DNA of 64,000 nucleotides from an uncultured Gammaproteobacteria bacterium (GTDB lineage Bacteria > Patescibacteriota > Patescibacteriia > Patescibacteriales > UBA12465): assembly GCA_964470695.1 (NCBI GenBank), contig CAYYDR010000001.1, forward strand, positions 209,997 to 273,996, in the 5' to 3' direction. A program made the position numbers and the translations under genes. The notes under the pieces are model-generated. The model made no database searches. It was not told the DNA's origin and saw nothing but the letters and a program-made list of their open reading frames with translations. Below are positions 38,558 through 46,685 of the stretch, piece after piece. Each line of letters begins with the position of its first letter. Positions within the stretch are counted from its first letter, which is position 1.

Positions 38558-40393
38558 TTGCTAAAATTGGCAATTTCGGATAACATTAAAATGATGAAAA
38601 TAGAAATTAAAAATTACGTAAATCTATTAATTGTCAGCTTATTAGCCGGTCTTTTTTTCGTGTCCACAGCTAGTTTTAATTATTTAACTCAGGAAAGTAA
38701 CTATGTAAAATGGTCTTCTCCGGACGAGACAGCTAATTATTTTTTCACTAAAAATTTTGCCTTAACCGGACAGCTGGCTGTTTTTGATAAGGCTAGCGTA
38801 GTCGGCGATAATTTAATTATGCCACGCAGCGTGCGCAGTGATTCGGGCTGGACTAAGCCGGTTAGCTTTTTGGGCATTATTCTAATTTATGGCTCTATTG
38901 CTTCGGTTTTTGGCATCGCGGTTATTCCTTATCTAACGCCGTTTTTTGCCGCCCTAGGGATAATTATTTTTTATTTAATCATTCGCCGTTTATTTTCCGA
39001 GCGTGTTGGCCTTCTGTCAGCTTTTTTATTGTCCCTATTCCCAGTCTATGTTTATTACACAGTGCGGAGCATGTTTCATAATGTGCTCTTTATAGTTTTA
39101 TCTCTAGTCGGTCTTTATTTATTTATGGTTGCTCTCGGGCCTAAGCCGCTAGAAAAAATAAAAATAAAATTTTTGGCTTGGCCTAATAATTGGCGTTTGT
39201 GGCTAGAATATTTAGCGGCCTTGGGCAGCGGCTTATTTATCGGCGCGGCCGTTATTACTAGAACATCAGAATTATTATGGCTGGCTCCGGTTTTATTTTT
39301 AGTTTGGATTTTTTATTGTCGCCGTTTCGGATTAATAAAATTATTGCTGTTTATTAGCGGCGTACTGCTGCCCTTAATTCCCGTGGCTTATTATAATCAA
39401 ATCTTGTACGGTTCTTTTTGGCATGGCGGCTATAATGAGATGAACCGTTCTTTAGACAGTATTGCTCAGACTGGTGGGGAATTCTGGCAATTTACCTGGT
39501 CGGGCCAGTTCGCTTATTATCGCCATTATTTGGGTCAGATTTTCAGAACGGTATTTTATTTCGGCTTTAACTACGACCAGTCCCTGCAGATGCTAGGGCA
39601 CTATATTTTAGAGATGTTTCCCGCCTTAGTTTACGCGGCTGGAGTCGGTTTTGTTTTATTAGTAGTTCAAAATTGCCGGCGTTTTCAAAAGAAATATTTA
39701 GTTTATTTTTTGGCCTGGCTGTCATTATCTATTTTTTTGATTTTTTATTATGGCAGTTGGAAATTTAATGATAACCCGGATCTAACTAGGTTTACCATCG
39801 GGAACTCTTATACACGCTACTGGCTGCCTATTTACATTGGCTTGATGCCGTTTGCATCCCTAGCTTTAGTAAGAGTCAGCCGCGCTTTAATGTTAATGCG
39901 AGCCGAAACAACCGCTCGGATTCGTAATTATATCGCTAGCGGACTACAGGCGGCGGTTATAATCATTTTTGCTTTTATATCCTTAGTTTTTGTTTTATAT
40001 GGATCAGAAGAGGGTTTAGCATATTTATACTATATTAATAAAGATGAAAAAATTAATACCGCTAAGGTTTGGGCGGCCACTGAGCCGGAGGCGGTAATTA
40101 TTACGCGCTATTATGATAAGTTTTTTTGGCCGGAACGACGGGTTATTATGGCCACTATTCCTAACGAAGAAATAATGGCCGCTGCCGGAAAACTAGTTAA
40201 ACTTTATCCGATTTATTATTATAATTTTTATCTCAATGAGGCTGATGTCGCCTATCTTAATGCTAGAAAATTTGCGCCTTATGGGTTATCTATAAAATTA
40301 ACCCAGCGAACTAATCCGAAATTTGGCCTATATAAGATAGAGCCTGCCCCCGTCGCGCCCGCCCAGCCAGAAGAGATTCCCTTAAAACCATAA
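38558..40393 (+). CDS. polytopic membrane glycosyltransferase-like protein (ArnT/PMT, GT-C type)
   Basis: First extracytoplasmic loop carries SSPDETANYF (the DE motif typical of GT39/83 enzymes). Many TM segments. Alternative start ATG 38591. Confidence 0.65.
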   Translation: MLKLAISDNIKMMKIEIKNYVNLLIVSLLAGLFFVSTASFNYLTQESNYVKWSSPDETANYFFTKNFALTGQLAVFDKASVVGDNLIMPRSVRSDSGWTKPVSFLGIILIYGSIASVFGIAVIPYLTPFFAALGIIIFYLIIRRLFSERVGLLSAFLLSLFPVYVYYTVRSMFHNVLFIVLSLVGLYLFMVALGPKPLEKIKIKFLAWPNNWRLWLEYLAALGSGLFIGAAVITRTSELLWLAPVLFLVWIFYCRRFGLIKLLLFISGVLLPLIPVAYYNQILYGSFWHGGYNEMNRSLDSIAQTGGEFWQFTWSGQFAYYRHYLGQIFRTVFYFGFNYDQSLQMLGHYILEMFPALVYAAGVGFVLLVVQNCRRFQKKYLVYFLAWLSLSIFLIFYYGSWKFNDNPDLTRFTIGNSYTRYWLPIYIGLMPFASLALVRVSRALMLMRAETTARIRNYIASGLQAAVIIIFAFISLVFVLYGSEEGLAYLYYINKDEKINTAKVWAATEPEAVIITRYYDKFFWPERRVIMATIPNEEIMAAAGKLVKLYPIYYYNFYLNEADVAYLNARKFAPYGLSIKLTQRTNPKFGLYKIEPAPVAPAQPEEIPLKP

Positions 40394-40395
40394 TT

Positions 40396-41718
40396 ATGAC
40401 AACAAAAAAAACTTATCATATTATTACCATTGGCTGCCAAATGAACCAGGTTGATAGCGAAAGGCTAGATGCTTTTTTAGCTAGTAAAAAATGGTCTTTA
40501 GTTTCTGATTGGGCCAAGGCAGGTTTAGTGGTTATTAATACCTGCGGCATTAGGCAAATGGCGGAAGATCGCGTTTATGGCCTAGTTAATCAAATTAAAA
40601 AAATTAACTCTAAAGCTAAAATAGTAATCGCGGGCTGTTTAAGCAAGCGCGATGATGTCAGACAAAGATTAATCGGCCGAGTTGATGTTTTTTTGCCAAT
40701 TAGCGAAATGCTTAGGTTGCCCGATTTATTAAATGGAGAAGAATTTCAACCGCATTTTAGTTTAGATGAAATTCGTTTAAAAGACGGGGAAAAATATTTA
40801 GATATTCTGCCGAAACATTCTAGTCATTTTACGGCCTACGTACCGATTGGCAATGGTTGTAATAATTTTTGTTCCTATTGCGTAGTGCCATATGCCCGCG
40901 GTCGTGAGGTTTATAGGCCGGCCGGGGAAGTAATTAAGGAAGTTGAGTCATTAGCTAAAAAAGGCTATAAAGAAATTATTTTAATTGCCCAGAATGTTAA
41001 TAGCTATCATGACGCTAAGTATGATTTTCCGAAATTATTAAAACGCTTAATAAAAGTGCCGGGGCATTTTTGGTTTCGTTTTTCTTCTAGCCATCCCAAA
41101 GATATCAGCCCGGAACTTATTAAAGTTATTGGTTCTTCTGATAAGGTTTGTTCCCATTTGCATTTAGCCGTCCAGTCCGGCGATGATAAAATTTTACAGG
41201 CGATGAATCGGCGCTATACCGCCCGTCATTACCAAAACTTAATTAAGGCGGTTAGAGCAGCTAAGCCAGGAATTGCTATCACGACTGATGTGATTGTTGG
41301 TTTTCCAGGGGAGACTAAAATACAATTTAATAATACGCTTAAATTATTTAAGACCGTAAAATTTGATTTAGCTTACATCGCTCAATACAGCCCGCGTCCA
41401 GGGACAGTTTCCTGGAAGATGAAAGATAATGTTAGTCTGATTGAAAAAAGGCGCCGCGCGAGTGAAGTAAATGAAGTTTTAAAAAAGACAGCCCTAGCTA
41501 ATAATCTTAAATATTTAAATAAAGAAGTAGAAGTTTTGGTAGAGGGGCTGAATAAACGTGGGCAGTATCATGGCAAGACTAGTAGTTATAAAAATGTTTT
41601 ATTTAAGCCGGTTAAACCGTTAAGCGCCATTGCCGCGCGAAAGTTAATTGGGCAATTTGTTAAAGTTAAAGTTGATAAAGCCCAGGCTTTTGGGTTGTAT
41701 GGGGTTTGTGAGAAATAA
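40396..41718 (+). CDS. miaB: tRNA methylthiotransferase MiaB (radical SAM)
   Basis: IITIGCQMNQVDSE, radical-SAM CNNFCSYCVVPYARG, and a TRAM-like C-terminus. Confidence 0.9.
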   Translation: MTTKKTYHIITIGCQMNQVDSERLDAFLASKKWSLVSDWAKAGLVVINTCGIRQMAEDRVYGLVNQIKKINSKAKIVIAGCLSKRDDVRQRLIGRVDVFLPISEMLRLPDLLNGEEFQPHFSLDEIRLKDGEKYLDILPKHSSHFTAYVPIGNGCNNFCSYCVVPYARGREVYRPAGEVIKEVESLAKKGYKEIILIAQNVNSYHDAKYDFPKLLKRLIKVPGHFWFRFSSSHPKDISPELIKVIGSSDKVCSHLHLAVQSGDDKILQAMNRRYTARHYQNLIKAVRAAKPGIAITTDVIVGFPGETKIQFNNTLKLFKTVKFDLAYIAQYSPRPGTVSWKMKDNVSLIEKRRRASEVNEVLKKTALANNLKYLNKEVEVLVEGLNKRGQYHGKTSSYKNVLFKPVKPLSAIAARKLIGQFVKVKVDKAQAFGLYGVCEK

Positions 41719-41722
41719 AAAA

Positions 41723-41751
41723 GCTAAGTCTGGAGACCTCCGAGACTTAGC
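41723..41751 (-). terminator. strong hairpin terminator (T-run on the minus strand; may also stop miaB)
   Basis: 9-bp stem GCTAAGTCT/AGACTTAGC plus inner GGAG/CTCC. On the minus strand it is followed by TTTTTTATTT. Confidence 0.7.
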
Positions 41752-41773
41752 CTTATAAAACTCCGCCGGTAAT

Positions 41774-41935
41774 TTATTCGTTTTGACGGTTGAACCGGTT
41801 AAAATTATTTTGAGCACTCTTCATGTTTGTAGCAGCTGCAGCAACCTGTGTACCAATTGTAATGTTAGCGTTAACGTTTTGTAAGCTGTTAGATAGGCAG
41901 TTTACCACGTTATTAAAGCAATTTTTCAGATTCAT
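41774..41935 (-). CDS. possible 53-aa Asn/Gln-rich small protein (MNLKNCFNNVVNCLSNSLQNVNANITIGTQVAAAATNMKSAQNNFNRFNRQNE)
   Basis: Hand translation. SD GGAAAGGAG ends 8 nt before the ATG. A strong terminator begins 22 nt after the stop. Below the ORF-track cutoff. Confidence 0.45.
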   Translation of the reverse strand: MNLKNCFNNVVNCLSNSLQNVNANITIGTQVAAAATNMKSAQNNFNRFNRQNE

Positions 41936-42050
41936 AGGATTTTCTCCTTTCCCATTTAATTGATTATGTGTTGCGCTTGCCGGTTCCGGCTAATTTATTG
42001 ATTTTTAGAAAGAACCGCTAGCTATTATAATAATAACATAAAGGTTAGTT

Positions 42051-43028
42051 ATGATAAAGAAAGTTATCCACAATTATATTGACAAATTAACTAGTTTTAG
42101 GGTTGCAGGCAAAGCAGTTCTGAAGTCTAAAGTTTTAGTTATACTCGGGCCGACTGGCAGCGGCAAGACTAAGCTGGCTGTTCAGCTAGCTAAAGAATTT
42201 AAGGGCGAGATAGTTAGCGCTGATAGCCGCCAGGTTTATAAGGGTATGGACGTTGGGACAGGGAAGGATTTGGCGGAGTATAAATTAGACGGTCAAAAAA
42301 TACTATATCACCTTATTGATATTGCTGATCCGAAGAAAGGGTTTGATTTGGCTCAGTATCAGAAATTAGCCTTTAAAGCCATTGTTAGTATTATTAAACG
42401 CGGCCATTTACCTATTATTGTCGGCGGCAGCGGCCTTTATTTGCAAGCTTTAGTTGATAATTATTCTTTAGATCAAGTTAGGGCCCAGTCGCCTAGACGG
42501 GCGGAATGGGAGACTTGGTCGGTCGGTCGTTTATTTCAAGAGCTCTCAGAGTTAAAGCCTGATTTTGCTCGTCGCCTTAATAATAGCGATAAGAATAACC
42601 CCCGCCGTTTAGCCCGTTATTTAGAAATAGCGGAAGCGGGCGATCTGGATAAGGTTAAAAAAAGAGAATCGCCTTACAATTTCCTTTTGCTTGGGTTGAC
42701 TTGGCCTGATGATAAATTGCGCCAAAGGATAGAGTTCCGAATTTTAGAGCGCTTAGAAAAAGAAGGGATGATTGCGGAAGTTAAAAAATTAAATAAATCT
42801 GGTTTAGCCTGGGATAAATTAAAATCATTCGGGCTGGAATATAAATTTATTAGTCAGCATCTTTTAGGAGAACTATCTTATTCCGAGATGGTTGAAAAAC
42901 TAAGTTTAGCTAGTTATCACTTTGCTAAAAGGCAGAAGACTTGGTTTAAGCGCTGGGAGAAACAGGGCGCGAAGATTAGGTGGATTAAGAATTTGAGCGG
43001 AGCGGAAAAAATAATTAATAATTGGTAA
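42051..43028 (+). CDS. miaA: tRNA dimethylallyltransferase MiaA
   Basis: LGPTGSGKT, SADSRQVYKGMDVGT, VGGSGLY. Confidence 0.92.
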   Translation: MIKKVIHNYIDKLTSFRVAGKAVLKSKVLVILGPTGSGKTKLAVQLAKEFKGEIVSADSRQVYKGMDVGTGKDLAEYKLDGQKILYHLIDIADPKKGFDLAQYQKLAFKAIVSIIKRGHLPIIVGGSGLYLQALVDNYSLDQVRAQSPRRAEWETWSVGRLFQELSELKPDFARRLNNSDKNNPRRLARYLEIAEAGDLDKVKKRESPYNFLLLGLTWPDDKLRQRIEFRILERLEKEGMIAEVKKLNKSGLAWDKLKSFGLEYKFISQHLLGELSYSEMVEKLSLASYHFAKRQKTWFKRWEKQGAKIRWIKNLSGAEKIINNW

Positions 43029-43031
43029 TAA

Positions 43032-43064
43032 AAATCCCGCCTCTTTTAAAGACGGGATTTTTTG
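43032..43064. terminator. bidirectional intrinsic terminator
   Basis: AAATCCCG...CGGGATTT, flanked by an A-run and a T-run, between convergent genes. Confidence 0.7.
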
Positions 43065-43265
43065 TTAGGCGTAATAGAATCTTTCATCCTCGCTTCTAGA
43101 TGAAAATCTTATTTCCGGCGCCCCACCTAGTTCAATGTCAACTAGGGTTAGCTTTTGAGAGACCAGCTTTTTGTCTGGCTCTTTTTTTCTGATGATTCCC
43201 GTCGCACCACCCTCTTCTAAAACGAGGTTTTCATCAATTTCTTCTAAGATACTATTTTCTGCCAT
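43065..43265 (-). CDS. hypothetical acidic small protein (66 aa)
   Basis: ORF track only. Lies 24 nt downstream of gatB. No recognisable motif. Confidence 0.3.
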   Translation of the reverse strand: MAENSILEEIDENLVLEEGGATGIIRKKEPDKKLVSQKLTLVDIELGGAPEIRFSSRSEDERFYYA

Positions 43266-43289
43266 TTCACAGCACTCCTATGATGTGAT

Positions 43290-44795
43290 TTATTTTAAGA
43301 ACTTTTCTAGTAATTCTTTAACTATTTTTGGATTAGCCTTGCCCTTGGTTTCGGCCATGATAAGGCCAATAAAAAACTGCAGTACATTAGTTTTTCCTTG
43401 GCGGTATTGCTCTAGCTGATCCGGATTAGCGGCAATTATTTTTTTAACCGCTTCTTCTAGTTCGTCTTTATTATCCATCTGCTCTAGACCTAAAACTTTC
43501 ATAATATCAGTCGGATCGCCACCCTCCCAGTACATTTTTTCCAGTATCTTTTGGCCGGCTGAAGAATTTATTTTGCCTTGGTAGACAAGACAGACTAATT
43601 CGGCAAAATTTTCCGCAGTCATTTTTAATTCATCTATTTTTTTGTTATCCGCTTTAAGATGTTTTAGTAGTTCGCTGGTAATTAGGTTGCCGGCCGCTTT
43701 GGCTAATTTTCTTTCTTGTCGCGCCTCTTCATCGCCATTAGCTTCTATCCAGGCGTCTAGCTCAGAAATTACATTTTCCGTCCAATCAGCTAGTCCCTTA
43801 TCGCCCGCTATTATTTCCGCCATTTCATTATTAAATCCGTATTCCCGTATGAAGCGCTTTTTCTTAGCTTCCGGCATTTCCGGCAATGAGTCATGGAGTC
43901 TGGACAATAGATTATCATCTATTACGAGTGGCGGAATATCGGGCTCAGGAAAGTAGCGGTAATCAGCCGAGGTTTCTTTTACTCTCTGGCTAAAAGTTAT
44001 GGCCTTATTTTCATCCCAGCCCCTTGTTTCAGGAGCGATTTTTTCGCCCTTAGCTATTAAAGCGCTTTGGCGCTCTATTTCAAACAGAATGGCTTTTTCT
44101 ACAGCTTTAAAAGAGTTGATATTTTTTACCTCAACTTTAGCGTTAAGCGGTTTCTTTTTGGTCGGCAAAATTTGTCCGTCCTTATATGCCCAGTTGCTTG
44201 GTTCTTGTAAACTTATATTAGCTTCGCAGCGCATCTCGCCCTTTTCCATGTCGGCCCGACTAATCCCTAAATAGCGGAGAATACGCTGATAGGCCTGGCA
44301 GAATTTTTTTGCTTCTTCGGCACTTTTAATGACCGGTTCAGTAACTAGCTCCATCAGCGGCGTGCCGGCTCTATTAAAATCTAGCAAGGTATAGTCCTGA
44401 TCTTTAAAATGAATAGATTTGCCGGTATCTTCTTCAAGATGAATGCGAGTGATATATATTTTGTCATTGTCAATCTCTAGGTAGCCGTCATAAGCGAGCG
44501 GCTGGTCAAACTGGGATATCTGATAGCCTTTAGGCAAGTCAGGATAAAAATAATTTTTGCGGTCAAATTTTGAGAGGCGGTTTATTTTACAATGCAAAGC
44601 GAGGCCTGTTAAAATAGTCCAGTCAATCGCCTGTTTGTTAGGAACGGGCAGGGTACCGGGGTGGCCAAGGCAAATAGGGCAGACCGTAGTATTCGGGCCT
44701 TTATTTTCCGAATCATTATTGCAAGAGCAAAACATCTTGCTTTTTGTTCGCAGCTCGGCGTGGATTTCCAGGCCGATTATGACATCGTATTTCAT
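43290..44795 (-). CDS. gatB: Asp/Glu-tRNA amidotransferase subunit B
   Basis: MKYDVIIGLEIHAEL...CSC, NRAGTPLMELV, and the C-terminal YqeY-like tail. Confidence 0.95.
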   Translation of the reverse strand: MKYDVIIGLEIHAELRTKSKMFCSCNNDSENKGPNTTVCPICLGHPGTLPVPNKQAIDWTILTGLALHCKINRLSKFDRKNYFYPDLPKGYQISQFDQPLAYDGYLEIDNDKIYITRIHLEEDTGKSIHFKDQDYTLLDFNRAGTPLMELVTEPVIKSAEEAKKFCQAYQRILRYLGISRADMEKGEMRCEANISLQEPSNWAYKDGQILPTKKKPLNAKVEVKNINSFKAVEKAILFEIERQSALIAKGEKIAPETRGWDENKAITFSQRVKETSADYRYFPEPDIPPLVIDDNLLSRLHDSLPEMPEAKKKRFIREYGFNNEMAEIIAGDKGLADWTENVISELDAWIEANGDEEARQERKLAKAAGNLITSELLKHLKADNKKIDELKMTAENFAELVCLVYQGKINSSAGQKILEKMYWEGGDPTDIMKVLGLEQMDNKDELEEAVKKIIAANPDQLEQYRQGKTNVLQFFIGLIMAETKGKANPKIVKELLEKFLK

Positions 44796-44797
44796 AT

Positions 44798-46111
44798 TTA
44801 AAATTTTCCTGAGCTGCCAAAGCCCTTGGCCTGGCGCTCGGTTTCGTCGGAAATTTTTTCTTCACTAATTTCTAAATTCATGACGCTTTGGATAAGTATC
44901 TGGGCGATTTTTTGTCCTGGTATTATGTTAAACATTTCTTCGCTGAGATTTTTGGCGACTATTTTTATTTCGCCGCGGTAATTAGAATCAATAACTCCGC
45001 CCATAGTTTTCAGTCCGACTGATGCCAGGCCGCTTTTATCCCAAATTAGTCCGACATAGCCATCGGGAATTGCTAATTTTATTCCGGTTGCCACTAAGGT
45101 TTGCCCGTAGGGAGGGATTGAATAATAATCATTAGCATAGAGGTCATAGGCCGCGTCTCCGGCGTGAGCTTTAGTCGGCAGTTTAGCGTTCGGGGAAATT
45201 TTTTCTACTGCTAATCTAGTCGGTTTCGGGGCAGGGACATGCGCCGGTTCTACAGAAGCTGCTTTAGTAAAATTTATTTCATCTTTGTTTTCGGCTTTAT
45301 CCTTATCCTCTAATTTATCAGTTGTTTTTTCAAAAATTATTTCTCGGTTACTGACTATCTGCTGGTTAGAGCCTATAATATTGCCGATTGCCTGCCAATC
45401 ACGAACAGGAATATTAATCGGCTGGCCGATTATTTGTTTAACGGTCGGCCAAACTAATAGACTAATTTCTTCGCGGCTTAGGATATTGCCGCCCCGAGTG
45501 CAGTTTATTAATTTAAAATTAGGAAAGCTACTGGCTATTTCCGTATAGACTTGTTCGGCTTTTTGAAGATGCTCTAGATTTTCTTCGTGGATATCGGTTG
45601 TTTTACCGTTCCAATCTTCTCTAGCGCGTTGTTTGGCGAGATTCTGGGCGATCGCCGATTCAACATGTAATATTATTGATAAGTCTGGCTGCGGTATTTC
45701 AAATATTTTATATTCTAAATCGTATAACCAGTTAAAGAAAACTTTTCTTTCCAGCGGGTTCTTAATTTTACAGCCCTGGTGTCCCATGTTAGCGCTAGTG
45801 TAGCGGTTAGCGAGGACTATTTTACCCTGTTTTAACCAATCTCTTATTTTAAAGCTAGCGTCATAGCGGTCAACCGCGTAGAAAATTGAAGCTTTGTATG
45901 AATCTATTTCATCGGCTTTGCCATATTTGCCAGACAGATATTCTTCAACTAATCCCGCCGACTTAGTATTGTATTGGGGGAAGTCGGCAATTTCTACTAA
46001 ATAGCCCTCGGATTCTAGGCGCAATTTCAAAAGACTAAGCTGCGTTGTTTTACCGCTGCCATCAGTGCCGTCTATCACAATAAATTTTCCATCACGCTGA
46101 TCCGCTTCCAT
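44798..46111 (-). CDS. tmk-dut: fusion protein: thymidylate kinase (N-terminal) plus dUTP diphosphatase (C-terminal)
   Basis: N-terminus: IVIDGTDGSGKTTQ, VDRYDAS, NRYTSANMGHQG. C-terminus: the five dUTPase motifs AGDAAYDL, DKSGLA, GVIDSNYRGE, GQKIAQ, RQAKGFGSSG. One uninterrupted 437-codon frame. Confidence 0.85.
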   Translation of the reverse strand: MEADQRDGKFIVIDGTDGSGKTTQLSLLKLRLESEGYLVEIADFPQYNTKSAGLVEEYLSGKYGKADEIDSYKASIFYAVDRYDASFKIRDWLKQGKIVLANRYTSANMGHQGCKIKNPLERKVFFNWLYDLEYKIFEIPQPDLSIILHVESAIAQNLAKQRAREDWNGKTTDIHEENLEHLQKAEQVYTEIASSFPNFKLINCTRGGNILSREEISLLVWPTVKQIIGQPINIPVRDWQAIGNIIGSNQQIVSNREIIFEKTTDKLEDKDKAENKDEINFTKAASVEPAHVPAPKPTRLAVEKISPNAKLPTKAHAGDAAYDLYANDYYSIPPYGQTLVATGIKLAIPDGYVGLIWDKSGLASVGLKTMGGVIDSNYRGEIKIVAKNLSEEMFNIIPGQKIAQILIQSVMNLEISEEKISDETERQAKGFGSSGKF

Positions 46112-46128
46112 ATTTATGTTTAAGGGTA

Positions 46129-46683
46129 TTATTTTTTAATCTCCGATATTATTTTATCTATCTGTTGATATAAATCAGCAAAACTTCCGTCATTATTGAT
46201 TTTGAAATTAGCCTCAGCCATTACCGCCGGAATACTCAGCTCGGTTTCCAGTTGATGGTCAATAAGGAACTGGTCAAAAGTTTTATTGGCATCATCAGCG
46301 TTCTCTCCTCGGTTAATTAGTCTAGTATGGCGAATTTTCGGATCAGCGTCAATGCTAATTAAATGGAAGCCGGGGACATTTTTTAAATAAGCAATGTCAG
46401 CTAGTCTTCTAATTCCGTCTACGATTATTACCTCAGTCGGATCAGCCATTACATCCCGAGCCATAGTTTTAGCGAATAAGTCTTCGCCAAAAGTTTCGCG
46501 TAGACAGCGGGAAACGTTAGATAGGTTGACGCGGTTTATTTCTAAACCAAGCCGACTTAAAATATCGCGCATCACCGTAGAAAAACGGAAACTTTTCCCC
46601 TGGTATTTTTCTTCCAGATATTTTTTGCTCGCATCTTTACCGCTGGCAATCGGGCCAGTAAAACCGACAATGATTTTGGGCAT
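46129..46683 (-). CDS. P-loop nucleotide/nucleoside kinase-like protein (CoaE/dNMP-kinase-like) with an atypical Walker A
   Basis: IVGFTGPIASGKD has Asp where Ser/Thr is usual. Size and pattern (VDGIRR, lid-like RLINRG) fit small NMP kinases. Sits in the dTTP cluster. Confidence 0.5.
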   Translation of the reverse strand: MPKIIVGFTGPIASGKDASKKYLEEKYQGKSFRFSTVMRDILSRLGLEINRVNLSNVSRCLRETFGEDLFAKTMARDVMADPTEVIIVDGIRRLADIAYLKNVPGFHLISIDADPKIRHTRLINRGENADDANKTFDQFLIDHQLETELSIPAVMAEANFKINNDGSFADLYQQIDKIISEIKK

Positions 46684-46685
46684 AG

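Noticed and set aside
42064-42072. Perfect DnaA-box 9-mer TTATCCACA
   Set aside because: It is a single copy inside the miaA coding region. A 9-mer is expected roughly once by chance in 128 kb of two-strand sequence, and there is no cluster of boxes or AT-rich unwinding element nearby. It is not evidence for oriC.
43065-43265. Could the 66-aa ORF downstream of gatB be GatC?
   Set aside because: It has no resemblance to GatC as I recall it, is shorter (66 aa versus about 95 aa), and is downstream rather than upstream of gatB, with no gatA. It is kept only as a low-confidence hypothetical ORF.
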